Shown here one piece after another: positions 37,953-50,720 of a DNA stretch of 64,000 nucleotides; the stretch's first letter is position 1; the number at the start of each line of letters is the position of its first letter. The notes beneath the pieces are model-generated. The model made no database searches and was not told the origin of the DNA. It saw only the letters and a program-made list of their open reading frames with translations. Source of the DNA: Camelus ferus (taxonomy: Eukaryota); contig NC_045707.1 of the NCBI RefSeq assembly GCF_009834535.1, forward strand, positions 59,832,001 through 59,896,000, given 5' to 3'. The position numbers and the translations under genes were made by a program.

Positions 37953-38170
37953 TGGTGGTTATCAACTAAGGGGTCATTTTGTCCCTCAAGGAACACTTGG
38001 CAATGGCTGGATACACTTTTGGTCATCACAACTGGGCAAGAGGGTAGTGATACTGACATCTAGTAGACAGAAGCCACAAAGGATGCTGCAAAGTAATCCA
38101 CCAGGTGGTTAGAGCCACAACAAAGACTTGCCCAACCTAAAATATGCCTAGTGCTGTAGACCATGCTAGC
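37953..38170 (+). mobile_element. MER20 hAT-Charlie MITE, near full length
   Basis: GTGGTTATCAAC...CATTTTGTCCCTCAAGGAACACTTGGCAATGGCTGGATACACTTTTGGTCATCACAACTGGG...GACATCTAGTAG...GGATGCTGC...CACAACAAAGA. Confidence 0.85.
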
Positions 38171-38394
38171 CTTGAATATATCTTCCCTCCTAAACTGTAA
38201 TGCACTGGTTAATATTTAGGGAATCTCCACCAGCCTCCAAATTCCATAATGTTTTATATCCTAAGTAGCAATAAAAATAAACATATTTTCAAAGGGCAAG
38301 AGATAACAATGATTTGGAAAATAAAGACTTCTGGAAAGATTAACACTGTCCTCAGAGATCACTAGAACATCAAAAGCAAAGGTTGGTTGGAAGG

Positions 38395-38600
38395 AGCGCT
38401 ATTTGCTGAATACACCTACTTGGTTCAAGCCATGGGCTAGGAATCTGAAGCATCTCAACACCCTACCATGTTTCACAGAAGAAGGAATCGAGTTTTAGAA
38501 AGGCCAAGGAGCTTTGCTGGGGTCACAGGTCCAATGAAGTAGCAAAGCCCAGACCCACCGGTGCCTGATCCAAGGCCAAAGCCCACCCTTGTCATGATCA
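38395..38600 (-). mobile_element. Diverged MIR
   Basis: CATGTTTCACAGAAGAAGGAATCGAG...GGGTCACAG. Confidence 0.55.
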
Positions 38601-40521
38601 CACACTTGGTGTTATATGGCGGAAGCCTAGCAGGACGAAGACCAGGCCCCCTCCCTGGTTCACCTTCATTTGTATCAAATCCACTACAAAGGACCCTGCA
38701 TTTCCCAATGGACAAAAACACAACCCCACAGAGAAGTGACCAAACTTCAGTACACTCTCCTATGAAACACGGAAATAAATGACAGTGTGTGGGGGTTTAT
38801 GTTGTGAAAAGGCCATTTACTGTCCACATACTATCTCCGGCCTCCCCACAAACACTGAGAACAAGGCCCTTTTCTAAGTCACGGGCACAAGTCCTGGAAG
38901 GACACAGGCTGTCTTGAATACTAAGAACTTCCCTCTGCTTCTCTCTACACAGTGAACACCAAATACAGGCAAAAGAGAATACAGTGAGAGCTGAGCCAGC
39001 ACTCTTCCAGGAGAGAGGATGCCTGAGTCTGGGAGGCACACTTTTCCTGTAAAAAGGCTGTGTACCCCTCCCTGAGGCTCAAGGTTGCTAACGTTACTCT
39101 CCAGGCTTCTCTCTTTACTGCAGTGTTCCCAGAGGCTCCCAAACTATGCACCGATATGGTCAGCTTCCTTAGGCACTGGTAAAGATAAGGAAAGTTGTTG
39201 GGTTCTTTTTTAAACAAAGAACAAATTAAAATAGTAGAGGACTCATATGTGCATAAAATCCATTCACTGCACTATTTAGAATTCTGTGCAAGGTGTGCAA
39301 ATAACGGGCCAATAAACCAATAAATAAAATCTAGTTTATTCTGCTTCCAAGGCAAGATGAATCCAGAACTCAATGAGAGATAGATAATTGCCACTAAAAG
39401 AGGCCTCTTTCAAATGACCAGGGTTGGGGGGGGCATTTTAAAAATGAAAAGATAGATTATAGATCATCAAAAACATTTCTGGAAAACTGTTATTCTATAA
39501 AATAATAAAGCAACATTAGAGGAAATGTATCTCCTTGCTCTAAAATCCATTGGAGTGCCTTGTGAATCTACAAGAAGTCGTGATAGGTTTAGATAAATGA
39601 ATGCCCTCATCAAGCCAAATTACACTGTAAAAGCAACACTGGTGCCACCAAGGGGCATGGGGTCTCTCCTGCTGCCTCCCACCTGCAGGGTGGGTAAGGA
39701 AATGTTAATTCTGAAGACAGGAGACCACAAAGACCAAGGGCAAGTTGACAAGGTCCCATGTGTGAAAACACACCATTTGCCTTCACATGACTACCTCTGC
39801 CAGAAAGACATGATTACAGAAATTACTGATTTATCCAACAGTGGATCAGATACATACTCTAAGCTTCACTCTACAGAAACTCAAGAGTTGCATCTTTTCC
39901 ACAAGTGCAGATCATCACTTGGAGGCACCTTTCACATCAATGACTGAGGAGTGATTCTTCCACCACCAAGGTCAAATAATGGCTGTATTTTCACCAAATT
40001 CACATATTTAAAGTCATATTATAATATGAAGTAATTTCTCCAGCAATTACACTTCTAAAAGTCTGTTCAGACTATTTACTATGGCACTATGAGCACATGG
40101 GGTCTAGACGTTTCCGGCAAATAATCTGAAAATTATTTTTGCTAACAGTTCATTTAAGCATCAAAACTAGAAATGTACAATGACTATACAGTCACAGCAA
40201 TAAGCATCTGATAGGATGTTTCTGGAACCATTTATCTCCTTGGTTCATTAACAGCAGGTACAGAATTAAAAGAGCAGTGAGTGGCAGCAAACATCTTTGA
40301 GTAAATGAATACCAGCTTCCTGAATCAACAATTTAAACAAAAGAGAAGCTCGTCGCCTCCTTGGCTTCCTTTTCTCCTGAGGAATAGAGGATTGTTAATC
40401 TGTTTTACTTTTTTTTTTAAAAAGTATACTTGATAAGCTATCCTCAATTATTCATTTCTTCTCTTCTTCCTATATCTGTTCTGCTCATCATTCTTAAGTA
40501 TGCTTTTTAAAAATACTTCAG

Positions 40522-40740
40522 GAAAAAAAATAAGGCTTTGTAAAATACACAGAGCACGATTCACTTTCTGTTGTGTGTGTGTGTTATATAAATAGAAAGG
40601 ATACACAGAAACCTGTTAATGATGATTGCCTCTGGGGACTAGAACTGGTGACTGACAGAAAATTTCCTAAAGAATTTCCATTTTATATGTATTTTATGCT
40701 TTTGAATTTTCTACTATGGGCACATATTTCTTTCAAAATA
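40522..40740 (+). mobile_element. L1ME-type 3' UTR fragment
   Basis: GAAAGGATACACAGAAACCTGTTAATGATGATTGCCTCTGGGG. Confidence 0.6.
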
Positions 40741-40741
40741 A

Positions 40742-40838
40742 GGGGGAGGGTATAGCTCAAGTGTTGGACTGCATGCTTAGCATGCAGGAGGTCCTGAAAT
40801 CTAATTACCTCCTCTCCCCAAAAATAAATAAAATTAAA
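40742..40838 (+). mobile_element. Camelid tRNA-Ala-derived SINE, internally deleted (lacks B box)
   Basis: GGGGGAGGGTATAGCTCAAGTG...GCATGCTTAGCATGCAGGAGGTCCTG joined directly to AAATCTAATTACCTCC and an A-rich tail. Confidence 0.85.
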
Positions 40839-42217
40839 GCAAAATTCAGTTTCAAAGTAAGAAAATCATATTTTATAGGAGAATATTAAATAGCTAGTAT
40901 TTGTATTTAGCATTTTATTCTCTTGCCTGGTCTCATCAAACTCAATTGAAATTATAATTCTTTTTTTCTCAAAAAGTAGAGGCATAAAAATCTACGCACT
41001 GCAACTAATTTTCTCCAACTCAAGGAAAAAGCTTTTTGACGGGAGGAAAAGATAAACAAAATGGAACATTAAAATAAATGGAAAATTAGAAAACAAAATT
41101 GCTTTATCAGGAGGGAGATTTCATTGGGAAGCGTTGCCCTGCAGGGTGTCCTGGTTAACACTTGTATTTTCAGCCACTGATGTGAGTTATTAGGTACAAG
41201 ACTAAACTCTTCTCACACTAGCATTTAAAATGAAACAGTATTATTAAAGTACTCAAAATTAGTAAACATCAGTACTACTACTATTAAGCAGAGTTCAGGA
41301 ATTTTTTTTAAATAGGACTTTTCAAAATTACCTGAAAAGTAAACTTCCTGCATTCTCTAAGGTTGAGTTTTTACTTCTCTTACTCTAGTTTCTTATCCAT
41401 TTCATTTCTAAAAGTACACAGATCACACACTTCTTTGGTCAAATATAGTTAGTCTCTTAAAATACCCGGCTTTCCAAATAAAAAGGCAAAAAGAGGGGCC
41501 TTACTTCTGAGTCCAAAGAGACTTGGTTCCCATTCTCAGGCTTTTCAGGAGAACCTGACTCTTTAAGTGCTGTCGAGGCAGGAAGCCCTGCAGTTCTAAG
41601 CACATGTAAGATGTTCTTTGAAATTGTCTTCTGAGTCTCGGTAAATGGAGTCCAGCTGATTCCAGACAGAGTTTTAGGATGAGATCTCAACTACTGAGAT
41701 ACAGAAATCCATCACCAGGTCCATCTGTGACCAGCACAACTCTTTGATAGTACCTGGCTTCAGTCTATTTCTCTATAAATACGAAATGTAATGGAGTCCA
41801 CAAACTGGCATATTTCCAACACTAAAATTCTGGCTCTGGGTTAAATATGTCAGTGATGGCTACTTTCTATTTATTTGTCCATTAGAAAAAAAAAAACTGA
41901 ACAAAATTCCATACAATACCAAATAGAAATATCTACCAAGACATCTGACAAAGGAGGATGTGGAGATCAAATAAAAAGTATAGTTTAACAGGATCATAGC
42001 AGAAACATAATCTCAGACAAAATGTATTCTGAGCGATGGTACTTGAGGTTAAATGACAGTGACTAAGGGAAGAACTTTAAAAAACATATATATAGGCAAG
42101 AACTGGCATACCTTAGAAACCAGTAAGTCAATGGCAAAGTTTATCTACCTGAAAATAGTTTTCAGTGGAGTCTTTTTACATTTCAAAGAGAAATCTTGAA
42201 GAATGCCTTGTGAGGTT

Positions 42218-42220
<3 letters not shown>

Positions 42221-42268
<48 letters not shown>
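42221..42268. repeat. Perfect (CA)24 microsatellite
   Basis: Direct reading. Confidence 0.97.
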
Positions 42269-42269
<1 letters not shown>

Positions 42270-42665
42270 TAGAGGGGGAAATGTAAAATCATGAGCAAAA
42301 AGTAGGAAAAAATAACTGGGAGAAGAAATTTTCAAGGGGTTGCCTTTCATCGAAAAATGTACACTGAATTTCGCTCTGTTGTACAAATCACTGAACCACA
42401 GGTGTGAGGACAGGATGCTGTACAACAATGATATAAAGTTTCAAGGAACTTACGATCTCATTCCAACTGAAGTAGGTAATAGGGATAACAGAAGCAGAAG
42501 AGAAGTGCTGGACAGAATACGGAGGGAAAAGATCCCTTCCAACGGGGACCTCGAGGATTGCTCCAGGAAAGCAGCAGCAGAATGATGGTTAACATGCTGG
42601 CAGGTGAAGATGGTGTAGGGAAGTGGCGTGCCAGAGCAAAGTCGGAGCAAGGTCGGAGCATAAAC

Positions 42666-42844
42666 CAGAGCTTCCCAAAGTGTGGTCCCCCACCGGCAGC
42701 ATCAGCACCAGGTGGGAAGTGGTTAAAAATGCAAGTTCTCAGGCCCCACCCTTAACTGACTGAATCAGAAACCCTGGTGTTGGACCTAAATTTTAATCAT
42801 CACTCCAGGTGATTCTGATATGGACTGAAACTTGAGAACCCCTG
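42666..42844 (+). mobile_element. MER5A hAT-Charlie MITE
   Basis: CAGAGCTTCCCAAAGTGTGGTCCC...CTCAGGCCCCACCC...ACTGAATCAGAAAC...CCAGGTGATTCTGAT...TTGAGAACCCCTG; degenerate 8-bp TSD GCATAAAC/TCATAAAT. Confidence 0.9.
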
Positions 42845-43099
42845 TCATAAATAAAGGCATAGTGAGTCAAATATAATGTTTTCCAAATGTTTAACGATGG
42901 ATTAGCAGCATGAGAATCATTTGGAATGAAAAAAAAAAATTTCAGCTCCACATTGAAGTTTCTCGATCTCCAGAGAAAATTCTCCAGATTATATTGCTCT
43001 GTAGCAAGGTTAGTGGAACCAACTTGAGGTCAGGTTGTTGGGGGCCAAATTCAAGTTTGATAAGCCAGACCTGGGGTAGGAGAGCCATTAAGTGTTGGG

Positions 43100-43198
43100 T
43101 TTTTTTAATCTTCTTTGTTGAAATATAACACCCATTTATAGAAATGTTCACCATCATTACGTGTACAACTCAATAAATTATCACAAAATAAATACTAC
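43100..43198 (-). mobile_element. L1M extreme 3' end
   Basis: TTTGTTGAAATATAA...GTGTACAACTCAATAAATT. Confidence 0.6.
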
Positions 43199-44399
43199 TA
43201 TCGCAGGTTTTGTAAACCAATAAAGCAATGTTTCAGAAAAATGGAATGCCAGGGGTCAGGAGCCCTGATTTAGGAAACAGAGATTCAGGCAGAGGCACCA
43301 CATGAAAGGTTATTACTACCTTCCAGATGTGACAAAAGGACAGGCAGATGTTCAATGAGGAACCACAGAATGTGAGCTGGGAGGAACTTAAGGGTAGAAG
43401 AATTGAGACCAAGAAATGTTAGGTGACTTGAAGAAGGTCATATACATGGCAGGAGGAAGACAAAAACTAAAGCCAGACTTTCTGTCTCCCAGTCCGTGGG
43501 CATTGCTCTTATATCATGCAACAGGCTAGAAAAGGCTATAGCCAGAATTTTCAAAGACAGGATTGCTGGGACTCGACAAATGATGAGAGGAGGAAAATGA
43601 ATTCAAGAATTCCCAGTTCACTCTGGAATGTGACTGGGGAAATGCTGCTACCAGCCTGGACAAATCGAGGCAGAGACCTAGCAAATATCTTTACTACATA
43701 CAAAAGGGTATGACCTCAGCTTCTTAGCATCGTGAGCCTCAGCAAGGACAAAAGATTCTTTTTCTCTTACTAGCACTGTGTTATGGTCCAACTCCACATC
43801 TAAAACAAAGCAAATGTTTTGCACATAGGATATAACAGTCTGTTTAAATTACATGGAAAGGATAATGCTGGCTCAGCTGACACTTGTGATTAATTCTAAT
43901 AAAGACTTGCTTTAGAAGGTTTGGCAGAACATTTTAGGCTGACAGTTCACCAAAGACAAGGACTCCACTATTTACAACAACAAATATGGAAACAATAATG
44001 GTATTGTACCATCTCTCCTCATTTCCCTGCATCTATTTCAGAAGAATGTCTGAATAACATTATGTCCATATCTTGACATTTTTATTAATTTTATGGAAGT
44101 AATATAAATGCAGTGACACACCCATAACATTTCTTCCTTTATTATCTATCTGTTTGAGAGTCATTAGAAACCTGGCATTAGAAAAGCAATGAAAATAATT
44201 TCAAATGGTTCCATTCCCTTTGAAACTCTTTCCACAGTCTTTCTTATTGGATCTTTTTCTTTGCATGTCAATATTTAAGTTTTAATCTAAGTTTCTCAGT
44301 GGAAAAAAAAAATGTTAGGCAAACACTTTGCACATCATTGTGGTCTAATCACCTCAACACAAATCACCATAAAAGAGAACATTTGATTCAATTCCCACA

Positions 44400-44620
44400 G
44401 GCATGTAGTCAGCACTAATTATTTACTATACCACTCTACAAAATACAGGGTTTAATTTCAGAGGAGGACAAGACAAAGCTCTTGCTCTCAGAATGTTTAC
44501 ATTCCATTTAGGAAGACAATGCATGCAAATGAAAAGTTACATTGCAAGATATTGCAAGGCAGTATGGGAGCAAGTGAAGAATGAACCAGACAATAGGATT
44601 TGCACAGGACTGACACAGAA
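44400..44620 (-). mobile_element. L2 fragment
   Basis: CAAGACAAAGCTCTTGCTCTCAGAATGTTTACATTC. Confidence 0.55.
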
Positions 44621-45696
44621 GAAAGGGGTACTGCCATGGAGCTGAACACTTGATAAACATTCTACAAGAAGACGATTTAAGTTTTATACACAGCACCACT
44701 CCCACAATACTGGATTTGGCTTCCTGGCTACTGTCCCTCCCCCAACCTCAGACACGTCATTCATTTATATACCTTCTTGCAAAATGTAAATGCTCACACG
44801 AAATCAAGTTTTTAAGAAGTCATAAATATCTGGGATATCTCTAGGCGAAATTGTGTCTGTTAAATTTGTTTCCCTCCATTTTCAGCTTTCCTTGTTTGTT
44901 TTCCCTCACCCAGTTATTCAATCATTTTCCTATTATCAAAAGAAAAATGCATCCTTTGTTGAAGGCTAAAATTCCTCATATATTTAAGAGGATAAGTTGG
45001 TGGGGACTGGAGCTGGTAGATTTTTCCTAAATTGCATCATGAAAATCATTGTACAGTATAACTTTTGCTAGGCTAAGCCTTGGGTTTTAGTTAATTGTGT
45101 GCAGCTAGAATCATTATGAACAGATTTTTAAGCTACTTGTGTAAACAAGTGCAACTGCTTTTGAACCATTAAAGACAAAGATTTCAGATCTTTTAAAAAT
45201 TTTAATGCTGTCTCATTTCACTACACTTTATTAAAATGCACAAGAGATCTGGAATTCCATTCATTAGCTGTAGTGCACATTTTTAATAATTACATTGCAT
45301 TCATTTGTCTCCTGATTCCAATCATTTTTTAGAGGCAAAACATACAATCCCAGCAAAGCCAATCCATCTGTTCTATGCTTGACCACAGGTATGGGTTTAA
45401 GGATGACATGCAACCTAAAAGAATTCAACTGGAGGGAATTTCAGGACTGTTTCCAGTAGTCTGGGTCACAGACCCTGTCTCCTGCCCTAAATCTGTGAGG
45501 GTACCTGTTGCAGTCTGAGGGAAGCAGGCATAAGGGTCAAGTTTTGACCTTGGGATGTAAAGAGCTAAACAAACTGCAGAGAAGTGGTGGTGTGAATCTT
45601 GATCAAATTAGGCCAAAATTATTAAGTTTAATACCTTAATTGTTCAACGCATTTTTAGCAGGTTTTCTCTTAACCTGCAACTAAATACACATGACT

Positions 45697-45905
45697 CATG
45701 AATTCAGTAAATATATACTGAGCACATGCTATGTGCTAGGGTCTAGGACTGCAGCAATGAACGAGACATAAATTCTTCCCTGAATTTTCTCACATTCTAG
45801 CAGAAAATTAAAAAAAAAAAAGACTAAATCAATATAGTGTGATAATAAATTCAGAAAGGTAAACAAAGGATAATGGGATATCAGGAGAGGGGACCTAATC
45901 CAGCA
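45697..45905 (-). mobile_element. L2 3' end
   Basis: ATTCAGTAAATATATACTGAGCACATGCTATGTGCTAGG...AATGAACGAGACA. Confidence 0.75.
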
Positions 45906-46769
45906 CCGGTTTAATAAAAACAAGTTTAAAAAGTTCACAGTAAAAAGACTGAACCACATTATTATTTTATATATAATCAACCACCCAGTAGTTAACAGCG
46001 TGACTAGTTCTTTTGTGTTCAATATGAAATGCCTGAGGTTTAAATGCCAAATACTAACTCTCTCACCCAGCACTGAACCCTCTGAAATCACCAACTCATT
46101 CCGGAAACAAATTGTCGTTTATATGTAGCATGATAAAGACATTCCATTGATTCCAGTGAATAAAAGGCAAAAAATTAACTCTTAGGCCACTACCTGGTAA
46201 CTTGTCTTACCTGAGGGGTTTTTCAGAAGAAATCTCTGGGGACCTCAAAGTCAACAAATTCAGTGAGGCAAAGACTAACTGCAATTTAAAACAGCGGTGG
46301 TGGTAAAATTGTAGTTGGATGTTGAAATATATTCCTGTAGGAGCGAAATGCTCCCTGGGGAATCACTTGGAAATCAAGAAATGAAAGCAAGTTGAAGAGT
46401 ATGAAGTAGTCAAGACAAATGCTGGCTCCTGCCATTCTTCTAGGGTGTACCCTGTTCCTATAATCACAGATGCAGGAATTATGGTTATTTCACACACCTG
46501 TCTCTAGAAAAAAATTATATCTTCACTCTTAGAGGACAAAATAAGCATGTTAGAGAAGGCCCCAAACAATTATTGTGCTGAAATAAAGAACTGATCCCCT
46601 ACTCTTCTTACTTGGGTTTGTACAAATAAAACCAGATGGTGGTTTGGAGCTTTGTTTCTCTGGCTTTTTGTCACTGAGAAAGGAACAAAAAGAGAGTCAA
46701 TAACTGATTAACTGAATCTTCTAGCCTAACAGAAAAAGTGGACAAGAGAACTAAAATTTCAAGGTAATT

Positions 46770-46882
46770 ATCATTGGGTAAGTGCTATCAATTTTATTTT
46801 CATAATTACCTTGTTTGGAATGATTATTCCCATTTTAGAGATGAGGAAATGGAGACTACGAGAGCTTAAATGACTTGACCAC
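46770..46882 (-). mobile_element. MIR core
   Basis: ATTATTCCCATTTTAGAGATGAGGAAATGGAGAC...TTAAATGACTTG. Confidence 0.8.
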
Positions 46883-47289
46883 CGAATCAATGACTGTCAG
46901 GCATTTTGCTAGGCATGATTCTAATTTATCTCATAATCGTATTATTGAGAATTGCTGTAGTTAAGAGACATTTCTACAGGATAGAAAACTGAACTACCTT
47001 TGAAATTTATTCATTGTTAGTGATGATAAAGCCCCTTCTCTCTTGTCCCCTAACTAGAGTCCTCAGTCCATCTTTCATAATTTAACCTATAGTTTAATTT
47101 AAATCCTAGGCTCTCAGCAGATATTGAATAAAGAATGGCAACATGAGGTCAACTCCTAAAGCAAACAGCCATTTCACAGTAATTCATTTGTTTTGTTTTT
47201 TTTAAGTGTGCTATCTGAAAGAGTTAAGACTTAGAGTTTAAAGGAATACAGTTTATTTCTGTACATAGTGCAGTGTTTACACAAGAGGC

Positions 47290-47457
47290 CAGTTTTGTTA
47301 GAAAAAGTGAATAAACCCTCTTAATAAGCTACCTGAACATCCCCAAGATAGCTTGAATTTTACCAACTATATACAGTTTTGTGAGAAAAAGTGAATAAAC
47401 CCTCTTGATAAGCTACCTAAACATCCCCAAGATAGCTGGAATTTTACCAGCTATATA
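47290..47457. repeat. Two-copy 84-bp tandem duplication
   Basis: 47290-47373 versus 47374-47457, 5 substitutions by manual alignment. Confidence 0.95.
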
Positions 47458-47839
47458 CAAAGTTTGTACTTATAAACAGAGTTTAAACCTATCTAAATAA
47501 GTGCAAAAGAAACAGAAATGAACTAAGAACTATACCAGCACAAGTTAAAAAGCCTAGCAGACCCTCAAACAGAAACATCATCAGAGAAAAAAGGAACACA
47601 ATCCAATGCTGAATTTGCATCCCAATTTCATGTGAGAGAGCTGTTTTTCCCCAAAACTCTCCCCCACCTCTGGAAGCTACTTATAAATAAAGGCATGGTT
47701 CTAAATTATCTTTTAAAGAGTATTTATTTATGGCTACTCTGTGCCAGGCACTCTTCCGGAATTTTTTGATCAACACCTCTGTTCATAGTTTTACTAAGAT
47801 ATCATTGTGTATGGTTTTAAGTGTTCATCTTTCTGAGAA

Positions 47840-50235
47840 AGCTAATCCTTTCCTCATTACTTTTACATTTTCATTCCAAACTGCACTTAACTTTCCTAAC
47901 CCATCTGGAACCTTCAAATTCTCCAGCATTCTTGATTCATTTTCTCTCTTGTCCGTCTGCTCCTCCCACCCTTCCGCCCAAGATAAAGAGGTATCCACTC
48001 TGCCCGGAATGCCTACAATTAGAAGTGTTGCTGAAAATTGTCTGTGCTAACTGATACATGATTGATAGTTTCTGACTCCATCTGGGCCCTTGGCACTGCT
48101 CTGCCCTCATCACATTTGTCCATAATCAGTTCCTTTTCATGTTTCCTTTGCAGCCTTTCACTCTTCCTAGGTCCTGCACTCCAACCACACCCATCATCCT
48201 CAGTTGATAAACCAGCTTCCTGATTCATAGAGAAAATATCAAACAGGAACTTACCCAACTTGTCTCCTCAAATGGCATCTCTAAACTTACCCAATATAGA
48301 CTATTTTCTTATGCCTTTTGCCCCTACCTTTCTTATGAAAGACTTCCTCCATACACCAGACATCTCTCGCCTGTATTTTAAGCAACTCCCTTTGCTCTGG
48401 CTTCTTCCTTTCAGCCTATAAACACATTTAAAACGTCCACATTGAAGAGAGAAAGGAAAGGAGGAAATAAGGAGGAAGGAGGGAGGAAGGAAGAATGTAA
48501 CTCTTTAGAGATTTGTGCTCAAGGTTCTATCCTTCATCATAATCATCCATCCAGCTTCTGCTCATCAGCAAAAAGTCTTTCCAAGCAGTCTACATTTTCT
48601 GTCTTCATTTGCTCAATTTTTGTTGATCCACAGCTCAATGTGCATTACTCTGCAACTTCTGATCCTCCAACTTCTACTAAATAGCAGTGTAGTAAAACGC
48701 CTTTTACTGAAATCACTGGAGTTCATTAATGTCATGCCCCTTGCCCAGTTTTAGCTCTCCCCTTATCTGACTGCTCTTCAGCACTTGCTACTTCTAAATA
48801 CTCACTTCTTTCTTGGTTTCCACATACTGATGAGCATGGATTGGTGTGCTTACAGATGAACCTAAGGGCCATCACCTGTAAGTCAATTCTAAAGTCAATC
48901 AGCCTTAAAAGCCAACATGTTCAGCATCAGAAGGTCCAGGATGCCCACAGCATTATTTCCCACATCTCCTTAATGATAATAAGAAAAGACATAAATGCTG
49001 AATCATTGTAAGGAATTGAGAGGTATTGCATTATTCAGTTCTCTGAACTGAAGGCTAAGTCCTTCAAAATTTCTTAAGGGTCCCCTGTTGCACTGGTCTT
49101 TGCTTCACACAAATAAAATGAGCAGTTGGCTGAGGACATATTTGAAGGTCACTGTGACTGGACTCAGGGAATTTGGAAGTATTTTTCTGATAGATAAGAG
49201 GCTGCAGAGTGGAGCCTCTTTGAAGGGCATGGTAATCTATGCAAGGGTGCTGTAGACTGCTGCTACAGGAGCAGTGAAATGGGGTCTACAACCTTGAAAG
49301 AGAATTCTAATGTCATTCTTCCCCATCTCTCTGTCCATCTCCCCCTCTATTTTATTAACATCATGCATAAAATAAACTACCAGGATATATTGTACAACAC
49401 AGGGAATACAGCCAATATCTGATAATAATTACAAATGGAGGATAAACTTTAAAAATTGTGAATCACTACATGGTATGCCTGTAACATATAATGTTGTACA
49501 TCACTCATACTTTAATTAAAAAATGAATCTTAAAAAAAGTTTTTAAAAACCCTCAATTTCAATCCCTCTTCTCCAAGTGCACAGACACTGCTTGAGCCCG
49601 AGCTGCCAAAGCCTTTGGCTTAGAATTCTCTAAATCTCATATTTGATGCTTCTCACACTATGGTCTGTTCTCCAACTGCCTAAAGCATAATCTTCTTATC
49701 AGATAAGTCATTTGGTATCAGTCTTCAGCATCAGATCTTCTAAAGGTTTCCCAGTATCTACCAAATACAATCCAAATTTCTTAGCTTGGTATACACAGAT
49801 TTTTTTTTAAACCTTTCTCCTTCTCACTTCCTACCATCCCTCCCTGTGCAACACATGCTCCTGTCACACAGAAGTCCCCATTATTTCCAAAACTATCTCA
49901 GCCTTCTTATGACACTACGCCTGTGCTCACGAAGTCTCTTTGATTGACATAACCCCTTTCCTCTTCCTGGTCGTGAAACCACCTGCTTAACTCTTAAGTC
50001 CCAGGATAAATGTTGTATCATCCATGAGGACGCTCAGAAGTCTTCCCTTAGCGATTATTGCTGTTACCTGTGTTCTCTTTATTATATGAGGCTGCTCATA
50101 CTTCTGTAACAGCAGTCATAAATCATATTTTAATTTACCTGTTTGCATGTCTGACTCACTCTAGATTTCTGAAGGCTAGAAATCAGTTTATTGATCTTTG
50201 TATCTCTATCACCCTGGCAGGTATTGAACACTAGT
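47840..50235 (+). mobile_element. Long, fragmented L2 LINE with later insertions
   Basis: CT-rich L2 ORF2-like sequence (GCTTCCTGATTCATAGAGAAAAT; CTTATCTGACTGCTCTTCAGCA) through to L2 3' end (CTGAAGGCTAGAAATCAG...TTTGTATCTCT). Confidence 0.6.
49368..49525 (+). mobile_element. Artiodactyl-type L1 3' end inserted in L2
   Basis: GATATATTGTACAACACAGGGAATACAGCCAATAT...TTTAAAAATTGTGAATCACTAC...ATACTTTAATTAAAAAA. Confidence 0.8.
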
Positions 50236-50424
50236 AAATGTCTGTAGAATAACTGCATAAATCCTTCAAAAGTTTAAGCACATCTACAAAGGCTGATTTA
50301 ATGAATGTAAGGAAGCATCCTACCAGTATGAAAATATGCAATGGTGATAGCCCTCCCTTATATTCAGCGTGGACTCTCTCCATCAAATCTCTTTTTTTGG
50401 TTACAAAAGGAAAATAAAGCATTA

Positions 50425-50720
50425 GTTGAGACAGTAGCTAAGGAATTGTAAAGTATGTGAGCTTTGAAGCCCCAATGCCTGGTTTCAAATCCTAACCCTG
50501 CCACTCACCAGTCCTATGACCCTGGGCATGTCACTTACCCTCTGTGCTTCAGTTTCCTTATCTTCCTGTACCACATGGTATTTGTGAGGATCACGTAAGT
50601 TTGGATATGTAACGAGTTGTAAATATGTAATAAAATGTAAATGAACTGAATAGGTAATGAGTTTACATATACAGCACTTAAAACAGGAACTCCCACACTA
50701 ATCACTAGATGACAGCTAGC
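50425..50720 (+). mobile_element. MIR with internal AT-rich expansion
   Basis: CCTGGTTTCAAATCCTAACCCTGCCACTCACC...TGACCCTGGGCATGTCACTTACCCTCTGTGCTTCAGTTTCCTTATC. Confidence 0.85.

Noticed and set aside
45330..45690. Possible old ERVL (LTR16/LTR33-like) LTR; similar vague LTR-like stretches at ~15300-15605, ~18160-18640 and ~46400-46710
   Set aside because: Resemblance too weak to assign family or boundaries without a Dfam search.
47290..47457. Direct repeat as possible CRISPR array
   Set aside because: Only two adjacent 84-bp copies, no spacers, no cas genes, mammalian context.
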